In this document: positions 42,401 through 57,022 of the stretch, in pieces
How positions within the stretch are numbered: position 1 is the first letter of the stretch
How the letters are laid out: each line of letters starts with the position of its first letter
NCBI GenBank assembly: GCA_964057225.1
Contig: CAXKVF010000075.1
Span: 186,001-250,000 of the forward strand
Source: Auanema rhodensis
Taxonomy: Eukaryota; Animalia; Nematoda
Direction: 5' to 3'
DNA length: 64,000 nt
Notes under the pieces: model-generated
The model's database searches: none
Seen by the model: the letters and a program-made list of their open reading frames with translations, nothing else
What the model was told of the DNA's origin: nothing
Position numbers and translations under genes: made by a program

Positions 42401-45400
42401 GACATGGGGAATCTAATTTTGAAAACCGCATCTCTTTATCTTTTACGTGAAGCGAGTTACATACCAAGTGCACATCACGTGTACATTTAATTAGCATTAA
42501 TTAAAGTTCACGTAAATTTCAAAGTCATGGTTACCATGAACCAATATCAATAAAAATTTGTTTTTGACTAATATGGACATGGGGAATCTAATTTTGAAAA
42601 CCGCATCTCTTTATCTTTCACGTGAAGCGAGTTACATACCAAGTGCACATCACGTGTACATTTAATTAGCATAAATTAAAGTTCACGTAAATTTCAAAGT
42701 CATGGTTACCATGAACTAATATCAATAAAAATTTGTTTTTAGACTAATATGGACATGGGGAATCTAATTTTGAAAACCGCATCTCTTTATCTTTCACGTG
42801 AAGCGAGTTACATACCAAGTGCACATCACGTGTACATTTAATTAGCATAAATTAAAGTTCACGTAAATTTCAAAGTCATGGTTACCATGAACCAATATCA
42901 ATAAAAATTTGTTTTTAGACTAATATGGACATGGGAAATCTAATTTTGAAAACCGCATCTCTTTATCTTTTACGTGAAGCGAGTTACATACCAAGTGCAC
43001 ATCACGTGTACATTTAATTAGCATAAATTAAAGTTCACGGAAATTTCAAAGTCATGGTTACCATGAACCAATATCAATAAAAATTTGTTTTTAGACTAAT
43101 ATGGACATGGGGAATCTAATTTTGAAAACCGCATCTCTTTATCTTTCACGTGAAGCGAGTTACATACCAAGTGCACATCACGTGTACATTTAATTAGCAT
43201 AAATTAAAGTTCACGTAAATTTCAAAGTCATGGTTACCATGAAGCAATATCAATAAAAATTTGTTTTTAGACTAATATGAACATGGGGAATCTAATTTTG
43301 AAAACCGCATCTCTTTATCTTTCACGTGAAGCGAGTTACATACCAAGTGCACATCACGTGTACATTTAATTAGCATTAATTAAAGTTCACGTAAATTTCA
43401 AAGTCATGGTTACCATGAACCAATATCAATAAAAATTTGTTTTTAGACTAATATGGACATGGGGAATCTAATTTTGAAAACCGCATCTCTTTATCTTTCA
43501 CGTGAAGCGAGTTACATACCAAGTGCACATCACGTGTACATTTAATTAGCATAAATTAAAGTTCACGTAAATTTCAAAGTCATGGTTACCATGAACTAAT
43601 ATCAATAAAAATTTGTTTTTAGACTAATATGGACATGGGGAATCTAATTTTGAAAACCGCATCTCTTTATCTTTCACGTGAAACGAGTTACATACCAAGT
43701 GCACATCACGTGTACATTTAATTAGCATAAATTAAAGTGCACGTAAATTTCAAAGTCATGGTTACCATGAACCAATATCAATAAAAATTTGTTTTTAGAC
43801 TAATATGGACATGGGGAATCTAATTTTGAAAACCGCATCTCTTTATCTTTCACGTGAAGCGAGTTACATACCAAGTGCACATCACGTGTACATTTAATTA
43901 GCATAAATTAAAGTTCACGTAAATTTCAAAGTCATGGTTACCATGAACCAATATCAATAAAAATTTGTTTTTAGACTAATATGGACATGGGGAATCTAAT
44001 TTTGAAAACCGCATCTCTTTATCTTTCACGTGAAGCGAGTTACATACCAAGTGCACATCACGTGTACATTTAAGTAGCATAAATTAAAGTTCACGTAAAT
44101 TTCAAAGTCATGGTTACCATGAACCAATATCAATAAAAATTTGTTTTTAGACTAATATGGACATGGGGAATCTAATTTTGAAAACCGCATCTCTTTATCT
44201 TTCACGTGAAGCGAGTTACATACCAAGTGCACATCACGTGTACATTTAATTAGCATAAATTAAAGTTCACGTAAATTTCAAAGTCATGGTTACCATGAAG
44301 CAATATCAATAAAAATTTGTTTTTAGACTAATATGAACATGGGGAATCTAATTTTGAAAACCGCATCTCTTTATCTTTCACGTGAAGCGAGTTACATACC
44401 AAGTGCACATCACGTGTACATTTAATTAGCATTAATTAAAGTTCACGTAAATTTCAAAGTCATGGTTACCATGAACCAATATCAATAAAAATTTGTTTTT
44501 AGACTAATATGGACATGGGGAATCTAATTTTGAAAACCGCATCTCTTTATCTTTCACGTGGAGCGAGTTACATACCAAGTGCACATCACGTGTACATTTA
44601 ATTAGCATAAATTAAAGTTCACGTAAATTTCAAAGTCATGGTTACCATGAAGCAATATCAATAAAAATTTGTTTTTAGACTAATATGGACATGGGGAATC
44701 TAATTTTGAAAACCGCATCTCTTTATCTTTCACGTGAAGCGAGTTACATACCAAGTGCACATCACGTGTACATTTAATTAGCATAAATTAAAGTTCACGT
44801 AAATTTCAAAGTCATGGTTACCATGAAGCAATATCAATAAAAATTTGTTTTTAGACTAATATGGACATGGGGAATCTAATTTTGAAAACCGCATCTCTTT
44901 ATCTTTCACGTGAAGCGAGTTACATACCAAGTGCACATCACATGTACATTTAATTAGCATAAATTAAAGTTCACGTAAATTTCAAAGTCATGGTTACCAT
45001 GAACCAATATCAATAAAAATTTGTTTTTAGACTAATATGGACATGGGGAATCTAATTTTGAAAACCGCATTTCTTTATCTTTCACGTGAAGCGAGTTACA
45101 TACCAAGAGCACATCACGTGTACATTTAATTAGCATAAATTAAAGTTCACGTAAATTTCAAAGTCATGGTTACCATGAAGCAATATCAATAAAAATTTGT
45201 TTTTAGACTAATATGGACATGGGGAATCTAATTTTGAAAACCGCATCTCTTTATCTTTCACGTGAAGCGAGTTACATACCAAGTGCACATCACGTGTACA
45301 TTTAATTAGCATAAATTAAAGTTCACGTAAATTTCAAAGTCATGGTTACCATGAAGCAATATCAATAAAAATTTGTTTTTAGACTAATATGGACATGGGA

Positions 45401-46814
45401 AATCTAATTTTGAAAACCGCATATCTTTATCTTTCACGTGAAGCGAGTTACATACCAAGTGCACATCACGTGTACATTTAATTAGCATAAATTAAAGTTC
45501 ACGTAAATTTCAAAGTCATGGTTACCATGAACCAATATCAATAAAAATTTGTTTTTAGACTAATATGGAAATGGGGAATCTAATTTTGAAAACCGCATCT
45601 CTTTATCTTTCACGTGAAGCGAGTTACATACCAAGTGCACATCACGTGTACATTTAATTAGCATAAATTAAAGTTCACGTAAATTTCAAAGTCATGGTTA
45701 CCATGAACTAATATCAATAAAAATTTGTTTTTAGACTAATATGGACATGGGGAATCTAATTTTGTAAAACCGCATCTCTTCATCTTTCACGTGAAGCGAG
45801 TTACATACCAAGTGCACATCACGTGTACATTTAATTAGCATAAATTAAAGTTCACGTAAATTTCAAAGTCATGGTTACCATGCACCAATATCAATAAAAA
45901 TTTGTTTTTAGACTAATATGGACATGGGGAATCTAATTTTGAAAACCGCATCTCTTTATCTTTCACGTGAAGCGAGTTACATACCAAGTGCACATCACGT
46001 GTACATTTAATTAGCATAAATTAAAGTTCACGTAAATTTCAAAGTCATGGTTACCATGAACCAATATCAATAAAAATTTGTTTTTAGACTAATATGGACA
46101 TGGGGAATCTAATTTTGAAAACCGCATCTCTTTATCTTTCACGTGAAGCGAGTTACATACCAAGTGCACATCACGTGTACATTTAATTAGCATAAATTAA
46201 AGTTCACGTAAATTTCAAAGTCATGGTTACCATGAACCAATATCAATAAAAATTTGTTTTTAGACTAATATGGACATGGGGAATCTAATTTTGAAAACCG
46301 CATCTCTTTATCTTTCACGTGAAGCGAGTTACATACCAAGTGCACATCACGTGTACATTTAATTAGCATAAATTAAAGTTCACGTAAATTTCAAAGTCAT
46401 GGTTACCATGAACCAATATCAATGAAAATTTGTTTTTAGACTAATATGGACATGGGGAATCTAATTTTGAAAACCGCAGTTCTTTATCTTTCACGTGAAG
46501 CGAGTTACATACCAAGTGCACATCACGTGTACATTTAATTAGCATAAATTAAAGTTCACGTAAAATTCAAAGTCATGGTTACCATGAACCAATATCAATA
46601 AAAATTTGTTTTTAGACTAATATGGACATGGGGAATCTAATTTTGAAAACCGCATCTCTTTATCTTTCACGTGAAGCGAGTTACATACCAAGTGCACATC
46701 ACGTGTACATTTAATTAGCATAAATTAAAGTTCACGTAAATTTCAAAGTCATGGTTACCATGAAGCAATATCAATAAAAATTTGTTTTTAGACTAATATG
46801 GACATGGGGAATCT
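33441..46814 (+). repeat. Mixed domain with interleaved A-type and B-type monomers; holds all four indels seen
   Basis: p84T monomers reappear from 33441, interspersed with p125C and p128T monomers. Indels lie at 34295/6, 42214/5, 42565/6 and 45765. Confidence 0.75.
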
Positions 46815-49800
46815 AATTTTGAAAACCGCATCTCTTTATCTTTCACGTGAAGCGAGTTACATACCAAGTGCACATCACGTGTACATTTAATTAGCATAAA
46901 TTAAAGTTCACGTAAAATTCAAAGTCATGGTTACCATGAACCAATATCAATAAAAATTTGTTTTTAGACTAATATGGACATGGGGAATCTAATTTTGAAA
47001 ACCGCATCTCTTTATCTTTCACGTGAAGCGAGTTACATACCAAGTGCACATCACGTGTACATTTAATTAGCATAAATTAAAGTTCACGTAAATTTCAAAG
47101 TCATGGTTACCATGAAGCAATATCAATAAAAATTTGTTTGTAGACTAATATGGACATGAGGAATCTAATTTTGAAAACCGCATCTCTTTATCTTTCACGT
47201 GAAGCGAGTTACATACCAAGTGCACATCACGTGTACATTTAATTAGCATTAATTAAAGTTCACGTAAATTTCAAAGTCATGGTTACCATGAACCAATATC
47301 AATAAAAATTTGTTTTTAGACTAATATGGACATGGGGAATCTAATTTTGAAAACCGCATCTCTTTATCTTTCACGTGAAGCGAGTTACATACCAAGTGCA
47401 CATCACGTGTACATTTAATTAGCATAAATTAAAGTTCACGTAAATTTCAAAGTCATGGTTACCATGAAGCAATATCAATAAAAATTTGTTTTTAGACTAA
47501 TATGGACATGGGGAATCTAATTTTGAAAACCGCATCTCTTTATCTTTCACGTGAAGCGAGTTACATACCAAGTGCACATCACGTGTACATTTAATTAGCA
47601 TTAATTAAAGTTCACGTAAATTTCAAAGTCATGGTTACCATGAACCAATATCAATAAAAATTTGTTTTTAGACTAATATGGACATGGGGAATCTAATTTT
47701 GAAAACCGCATCTCTTTATCTTTCACGTGAAGCGAGTTACATACCAAGTGCACATCACGTGTACATTTAATTAGCATAAATTAAAGTTCACGTAAATTTC
47801 AAAGTCATGGTTACCATGAAGCAATATCAATAAAAGTTTGTTTTTAGACTAATATGGACATGGGGAATCTAATTTTGAAAACCGCATCTCTTTATCTTTC
47901 ACGTGAAGCGAGGTACATACCAAGTGCACATCACGTGTACATTTAATTAGCATTAATTAAAGTTCACGTAAATTTCAAAGTCATGGTTACCATGAACCAA
48001 TATCAATAAAAATTTGTTTTTAGACTAATATGGACATGGGGAATCTAATTTTGAAAACCGCATCTCTTTATCTTTCACGTGAAGCGAGTTACATACCAAG
48101 TGCACATCACGTGTACATTTAATTAGCATAAATTAAAGTTCACGTAAATTTCAAAGTCATGGTTACCATGAACCAATATCAATAAAAATTTGTTTTTAGA
48201 CTAATATGGACATGGGGAATCTAATTTTGAAAACCGCATCTCTTCATCTTTCACGTGAAGCGAGTTACATACCAAGTGCACATCACGTGTACATTTAATT
48301 AGCATAAATTAAAGTTCACGTAAATTTCAAAGTCATGGTTACCATGAAGCAATATCAATAAAAATTTGTTTTTAGACTAATATGGACATGAGGAATCTAA
48401 TTTTGAAAACCGCATCTCTTTATCTTTCACGTGAAGCGAGTTACATACCAAGTGCACATCACGTGTACATTTAATTAGCATTAATTAAAGTTCACGTAAA
48501 TTTCAAAGTCATGGTTACCATGAACCAATATCAATAAAAATTTGTTTTTAGACTAATATGGACATGGGGAATCTAATTTTGAAAACCGCATCTCTTTATC
48601 TTTCACGTGAAGCGAGTTACATACCAAGTGCACATCACGTGTACATTTAATTAGCATAAATTAAAGTTCACGTAAAATTCAAAGTCATGGTTACCATGAA
48701 CCAATATCAATAAAAATTTGTTTTTAGACTAATATGGACAGGGGGAATCTAATTTTGAAAACCGCATCTCTTTATCTTTCACGTGAAGCGAGTTACATAC
48801 CAAGTGCACATCACGTGTACATTTAATTAGCATAAATTAAAGTTCACGTAAATTTCAAAGTCATGGTTACCATGAAGCAATATCAATAAAAATTTGTTTG
48901 TAGACTAATATGGACATGAGGAATCTAATTTTGAAAACCGCATCTCTTTATCTTTCACGTGAAGCGAGTTACATACCAAGTGCACATCACGTGTACATTT
49001 AATTAGCATTAATTAAAGTTCACGTAAATTTCAAAGTCATGGTTACCATGAACCAATATCAATAAAAATTTGTTTTTAGACTAATATGGACATGGGGAAT
49101 CTAATTTTGAAAACCGCATCTCTTTATCTTTCACGTGAAGCGAGTTACATACCAAGTGCACATCACGTGTACATTTAATTAGCATAAATTAAAGTTCACG
49201 TAAATTTCAAAGTCATGGTTACCATGAAGCAATATCAATAAAAATTTGTTTTTAGACTAATATGGACATGGGGAATCTAATTTTGAAAACCGCATCTCTT
49301 TATCTTTCACGTGAAGCGAGTTACATACCAAGTGCACATCACGTGTACATTTAATTAGCATTAATTAAAGTTCACGTAAATTTCAAAGTCATGGTTACCA
49401 TGAACCAATATCAATAAAAATTTGTTTTTAGACTAATATGGACATGGGGAATCTAATTTTGAAAACCGCATCTCTTTATCTTTCACGTGAAGCGAGTTAC
49501 ATACCAAGTGCACATCACGTGTACATTTAATTAGCATAAATTAAAGTTCACGTAAATTTCAAAGTCATGGTTACCATGAAGCAATATCAATAGAAGTTTG
49601 TTTTTAGACTAATATGGACATGGGGAATCTAATTTTGAAAACCGCATCTCTTTATCTTTCACGTGAAGCGAGTTACATACCAAGTGCACATCACGTGTAC
49701 ATTTAATTAGCATTAATTAAAGTTCACGTAAATTTCAAAGTCATGGTTACCATGAACCAATATCAATAAAAATTTGTTTTTAGACTAATATGGACATGGG

Positions 49801-52800
49801 GAATCTAATTTTGAAAACCGCATCTCTTTATCTTTCACGTGAAGCGAGTTACATACCAAGTGCACATCACGTGTACATTTAATTAGCATAAATTAAAGTT
49901 CACGTAAAATTCAAAGTCATGGTTACCATGAAGCAATATCAATAAAAATTTGTTTTTAGACTAATATGGACAGGGGGAATCTAATTTTGAAAACCGCATC
50001 TCTTTATCTTTCACGTGAAGCGAGTTACATACCAAGTGCACATCACGTGTACATTTAATTAGCATAAATTAAAGTTCACGTAAATTTCAAAGTCATGGTT
50101 ACCATGAAGCAATATCAATAAAAATTTGTTTGTAGACTAATATGGACATGAGGAATCTAATTTTGAAAACCGCATCTCTTTATCTTTCACGTGAAGCGAG
50201 TTACATACCAAGTGCACATCACGTGTACATTTAATTAGCATTAATTAAAGTTCACGTAAATTTCAAAGTCATGGTTACCATGAACCAATATCAATAAAAA
50301 TTTGTTTTTAGACTAATATGGACATGGGGAATCTAATTTTGAAAACCGCATCTCTTTATCTTTCACGTGAAGCGAGTTACATACCAAGTGCACATCACGT
50401 GTACATTTAATTAGCATAAATTAAAGTTCACGTAAATTTCAAAGTCATGGTTACCATGAAGCAATATCAATAAAAATTTGTTTTTAGACTAATATGGACA
50501 TGGGGAATCTAATTTTGAAAACCGAATCTCTTTATCTTTCACGTGAAGCGAGTTACATACCAAGTGCACATCACGTGTACATTTAATTAGCATTAATTAA
50601 AGTTCACGTAAATTTCAAAGTCATGGTTACCATGAACCAATATCAATAAAAATTTGTTTTTAGACTAATATGGACATGGGGAATCTAATTTTGAAAACCG
50701 CATCTCTTTATCTTTCACGTGAAGCGAGTTACATACCAAGTGCACATCACGTGTACATTTAATTAGCATAAATTAAAGTTCACGTAAATTTCAAAGTCAT
50801 GGTTACCATGAAGCAATATCAATAGAAGTTTGTTTTTAGACTAATATGGACATGGGGAATCTAATTTTGAAAACCGCATCTCTTTATCTTTCACGTGAAG
50901 CGAGTTACATACCAAGTGCACATCACGTGTACATTTAATTAGCATTAATTAAAGTTCACGTAAATTTCAAAGTCATGGTTACCATGAACCAATATCAATA
51001 AAAATTTGTTTTTAGACTAATATGGACATGGGGAATCTAATTTTGAAAACCGCATCTCTTTATCTTTCACGTGAAGCGAGTTACATACCAAGTGCACATC
51101 ACGTGTACATTTAATTAGCATAAATTAAAGTTCACGTAAATTTCAAAGTCATGGTTACCATGAAGCAATATCAATAAAAATTTGTTTTTAGACTAATATG
51201 GACATGGGGAATCTAATTTTGAAAACCGCATCTCTTTATCTTTCACGTGAAGCGAGTTACATACCAAGTGCACATCACGTGTACATTTAATTAGCATAAA
51301 TTAAAGTTCACGTAAATTTCAAAGTCATGGTTACCATGAAGCAATATCAATAAAAGTTTGTTTTTAGACTAATATGGACATGGGGAATCTAATTTTGAAA
51401 ACCGCATCTCTTTATCTTTCACGTGAAGCGAGTTACATACCAAGTGCACATCACGTGTACATTTAATTAGCATTAATTAAAGTTCACGTAAATTTCAAAG
51501 TCATGGTTACCATGAACCAATATCAATAAAAATTTGTTTTTAGACTAATATGGACATGGGGAATCTAATTTTGAAAACCGCATCTCTTTATCTTTCACGT
51601 GAAGCGAGTTACATACCAAGTGCACATCACGTGTACATTTAATTAGCATAAATTAAAGTTCACGTAAATTTCAAAGTCATGGTTACCATGAAGCAATATC
51701 AATAAAAATTTGTTTTTAGACTAATATGGACATGGGGAATCTAATTTTGAAAACCGCATCTCTTTATCTTTCACGTGAAGCGAGTTACATACCAAGTGCA
51801 CATCACGTGTACATTTAATTAGCATTAATTAAAGTTCACGTAAATTTCAAAGTCATGGTTACCATGCACCAATATCAATAAAAATTTGTTTTTAGACTAA
51901 TATGGACATGGGGAATCTAATTTTGAAAACCGCATCTCTTTATCTTTCACGTGAAGCGAGTTACATACCAAGTGCACATCACGTGTACATTTAATTAGCA
52001 TAAATTAAAGTTCACGTAAATTTCAAAGTCATGGTTACCATGAACCAATATCAATAAAAATTTGTTTTTAGACTAATATGGACATGGGGAATCTAATTTT
52101 GAAAACCGCATCTCTTCATCTTTCACGTGAAGCGAGTTACATACCAAGTGCACATCACGTGTACATTTAATTAGCATAAATTAAAATTCACGTAAATTTC
52201 AAAGTCATGGTTACCATGAAGCAATATCAATAAAAATTTGTTTTTAGACTAATATGGACATGAGGAATCTAATTTTGAAAACCGCATCTCTTTATCTTTC
52301 ACGTGAAGCGAGTTACATACCAAGTGCACATCACGTGTACATTTAATTAGCATTAATTAAAGTTCACGTAAATTTCAAAGTCATGGTTACCATGAAGCAA
52401 TATCAATAAAAATTTGTTTTTAGACTAATATGGACATGGGGAATCTAATTTTGAAAACCGCATCTCTTTATCTTTCACGTGAAGCGAGTTACATACCAAG
52501 TGCACATCACGTGTACATTTAATTAGCATTAATTAAAGTTCACGTAAATTTCAAAGTCATGGTTACCATGAACCAATATCAATAAAAATTTGTTTTTAGA
52601 CTAATATGGACATGGGGAATCTAATTTTGAAAACCGCATCTCTTTATCTTTCACGTGAAGCGAGTTACATACCAAGTGCACATCACGTGTACATTTAATT
52701 AGCATAAATTAAAGTTCACGTAAATTTCAAAGTCATGGTTACCATGAAGCAATATCAATAAAAATTTGTTTTTAGACTAATATGGACATGGGGAATCTAA

Positions 52801-55800
52801 TTTTGAAAACCGCATCTCTTTATCTTTCACGTGAAGCGAGTTACATACCAAGTGCACATCACGTGTACATTTAATTAGCATTAATTAAAGTTCACGTAAA
52901 TTTCAAAGTCATGGTTACCATGAACCAATATCAATAAAAATTTGTTTTTAGACTAATATGGACATGGGGAATCTAATTTTGAAAACCGCATCTCTTTATC
53001 TTTCACGTGAAGCGAGTTACATACCAAGTGCACATCACGTGTACATTTAATTAGCATAAATTAAAGTTCACGTAAATTTCAAAGTCATGGTTACCATGAA
53101 CCAATATCAATAAAAATTTGTTTTTAGACTAATATGGACATGGGGAATCTAATTTTGAAAACCGCATCTCTTTATCTTTCACGTGAAGCGAGTTACATAC
53201 CAAGTGCACATCACGTGTACATTTAATTAGCATAAATTAAAGTTCACGTAAATTTCAAAGTCATGGTTACCATGCACCAATATCAATAAAAGTTTGTTTT
53301 TAGACTAATATGGACATGGGGAATCTAATTTTGAAAACCGCATCTCTTTATCTTTCACGTGAAGCGAGTTACATACCAAGTGCACATCACGTGTACATTT
53401 AATTAGCATTAATTAAAGTTCACGTAAATTTCAAAGTCATGGTTACCATGAACCAATATCAATAAAAATTTGTTTTTAGACTAATATGGACATGGGGAAT
53501 CTAATTTTGAAAACCGCATCTCTTTATCTTTCACGTGAAGCGAGTTACATACCAAGTGCACATCACGTGTACATTTAATTAGCATAAATTAAAGTTCACG
53601 TAAATTTCAAAGTCATGGTTACCATGAAGCAATATCAATAAAAATTTGTTTTTAGACTAATATGGACATGGGGAATCTAATTTTGAAAACCGCATCTCTT
53701 TATCTTTCACGTGAAGCGAGTTACATACCAAGTGCACATCACGTGTACATTTAATTAGCATTAATTAAAGTTCACGTAAATTTCAAAGTCATGGTTACCA
53801 TGAACCAATATCAATAAAAATTTGTTTTTAGACTAATATGGACATGGGGAATCTAATTTTGAAAACCGCATCTCTTTATCTTTCACGTGAAGCGAGTTAC
53901 ATACCAAGTGCACATCACGTGTACATTTAATTAGCATAAATTAAAGTTCACGTAAATTTCAAAGTCATGGTTACCATGAAGCAATATCAATAAAAGTTTG
54001 TTTTTAGACTAATATGGACATGGGGAATCTAATTTTGAAAACCGCATCTCTTTATCTTTCACGTGAAGCGAGTTACATACCAAGTGCACATCACGTGTAC
54101 ATTTAATTAGCATTAATTAAAGTTCACGTAAATTTCAAAGTCATGGTTACCATGAACCAATATCAATAAAAATTTGTTTTTAGACTAATATGGACATGGG
54201 GAATCTAATTTTGAAAACCGCATCTCTTTATCTTTCACGTGAAGCGAGTTACATACCAAGTGCACATCACGTGTACATTTAATTAGCATAAATTAAAGTT
54301 CACGTAAATTTCAAAGTCATGGTTACCATGAAGCAATATCAATAAAAGTTTGTTTTTAGACTAATATGGACATGGGGAATCTAATTTTGAAAACCGCATC
54401 TCTTTATCTTTCACGTGAAGCGAGTTACATACCAAGTGCACATCACGTGTACATTTAATTAGCATTAATTAAAGTTCACGTAAATTTCAAAGTCATGGTT
54501 ACCATGAACCAATATCAATAAAAATTTGTTTTTAGACTAATATGGACATGGGGAATCTAATTTTGAAAACCGCATCTCTTTATCTTTCACGTGAAGCGAG
54601 TTACATACCAAGTGCACATCACGTGTACATTTAATTAGCATAAATTAAAGTTCACGTAAATTTCAAAGTCATGGTTACCATGAAGCAATATCAATAAAAA
54701 TTTGTTTTTAGACTAATATGGACATGGGGAATCTAATTTTGAAAACCGCATCTCTTTATCTTTCACGTGAAGCGAGTTACATACCAAGTGCACATCACGT
54801 GTACATTTAATTAGCATTAATTAAAGTTCACGTAAATTTCAAAGTCATGGTTACCATGAACCAATATCAATAAAAATTTGTTTTTAGACTAATATGGACA
54901 TGGGGAATCTAATTTTGAAAACCGCATCTCTTTATCTTTCACGTGAAGCGAGTTACATACCAAGTGCACATCACGTGTACATTTAATTAGCATAAATTAA
55001 AGTTCACGTAAATTTCAAAGTCATGGTTACCATGAAGCAATATCAATAAAAGTTTGTTTTTAGACTAATATGGACATGGGGAATCTAATTTTGAAAACCG
55101 CATCTCTTTATCTTTCACGTGAAGCGAGTTACATACCAAGTGCACATCACGTGTACATTTAATTAGCATAAATTAAAGTTCACGTAAATTTCAAAGTCAT
55201 GGTTACCATGAAGCAATATCAATAAAAGTTTGTTTTTAGACTAATATGGACATGGGGAATCTAATTTTGAAAACCGCATCTCTTTATCTTTCACGTGAAG
55301 CGAGTTACATACCAAGTGCACATCACGTGTACATTTAATTAGCATTAATTAAAGTTCACGTAAATTTCAAAGTCATGGTTACCATGAACCAATATCAATA
55401 AAAATTTGTTTTTAGACTAATATGGACATGGGGAATCTAATTTTGAAAACCGCATCTCTTTATCTTTCACGTGAAGCGAGTTACATACCAAGTGCACATC
55501 ACGTGTACATTTAATTAGCATAAATTAAAGTTCACGTAAATTTCAAAGTCATGGTTACCATGAAGCAATATCAATAAAAGTTTGTTTTTAGACTAATATG
55601 GACATGGGGAATCTAATTTTGAAAACCGCATCTCTTTATCTTTCACGTGAAGCGAGTTACATACCAAGTGCACATCACGTGTACATTTAATTAGCATTAA
55701 TTAAAGTTCACGTAAATTTCAAAGTCATGGTTACCATGAACCAATATCAATAAAAATTTGTTTTTAGACTAATATGGACATGGGGAATCTAATTTTGAAA

Positions 55801-57022
55801 ACCGCATCTCTTTATCTTTCACGTGAAGCGAGTTACATACCAAGTGCACATCACGTGTACATTTAATTAGCATAAATTAAAGTTCACGTAAATTTCAAAG
55901 TCATGGTTACCATGAAGCAATATCAATAAAAGTTTGTTTTTAGACTAATATGGACATGGGGAATCTAATTTTGAAAACCGCATCTCTTTATCTTTCACGT
56001 GAAGCGAGTTACATACCAAGTGCACATCACGTGTACATTTAATTAGCATTAATTAAAGTTCACGTAAATTTCAAAGTCATGGTTACCATGAAGCAATATC
56101 AATAAAAGTTTGTTTTTAGACTAATATGGACATGGGGAATCTAATTTTGAAAACCGCATCTCTTTATCTTTCACGTGAAGCGAGTTACATACCAAGTGCA
56201 CATCACGTGTACATTTAATTAGCATAAATTAAAGTTCACGTAAATTTCAAAGTCATGGTTACCATGAACCAATATCAATAAAAATTTGTTTTTAGACTAA
56301 TATGGACATGGGGAATCTAATTTTGAAAACCGCATCTCTTTATCTTTCACGTGAAGCGAGTTACATACCAAGTGCACATCACGTGTACATTTAATTAGCA
56401 TAAATTAAAGTTCACGTAAATTTCAAAGTCATGGTTACCATGAAGCAATATCAATAAAAGTTTGTTTTTAGACTAATATGGACATGGGGAATCTAATTTT
56501 GAAAACCGCATCTCTTTATCTTTCACGTGAAGCGAGTTACATACCAAGTGCACATCACGTGTACATTTAATTAGCATTAATTAAAGTTCACGTAAATTTC
56601 AAAGTCATGGTTACCATGAACCAATATCAATAAAAATTTGTTTTTAGACTAATATGGACATGGGGAATCTAATTTTGAAAACCGCATCTCTTTATCTTTC
56701 ACGTGAAGCGAGTTACATACCAAGTGCACATCACGTGTACATTTAATTAGCATAAATTAAAGTTCACGTAAATTTCAAAGTCATGGTTACCATGAAGCAA
56801 TATCAATAAAAATTTGTTTTTAGACTAATATGGACATGGGGAATCTAATTTTGAAAACCGCATCTCTTTATCTTTCACGTGAAGCGAGTTACATACCAAG
56901 TGCACATCACGTGTACATTTAATTAGCATTAATTAAAGTTCACGTAAATTTCAAAGTCATGGTTACCATGCACCAATATCAATAAAAATTTGTTTTTAGA
57001 CTAATATGGACATGGGGAATCT
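46815..57022 (+). repeat. Sub-array domain A': second dimer-alternating domain
   Basis: Same p84/p127 alternation and the same rare markers (p103A, p150G+p169A, p142G) as 1-3696. The last p84T monomer is 56847-57022. Confidence 0.85.
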
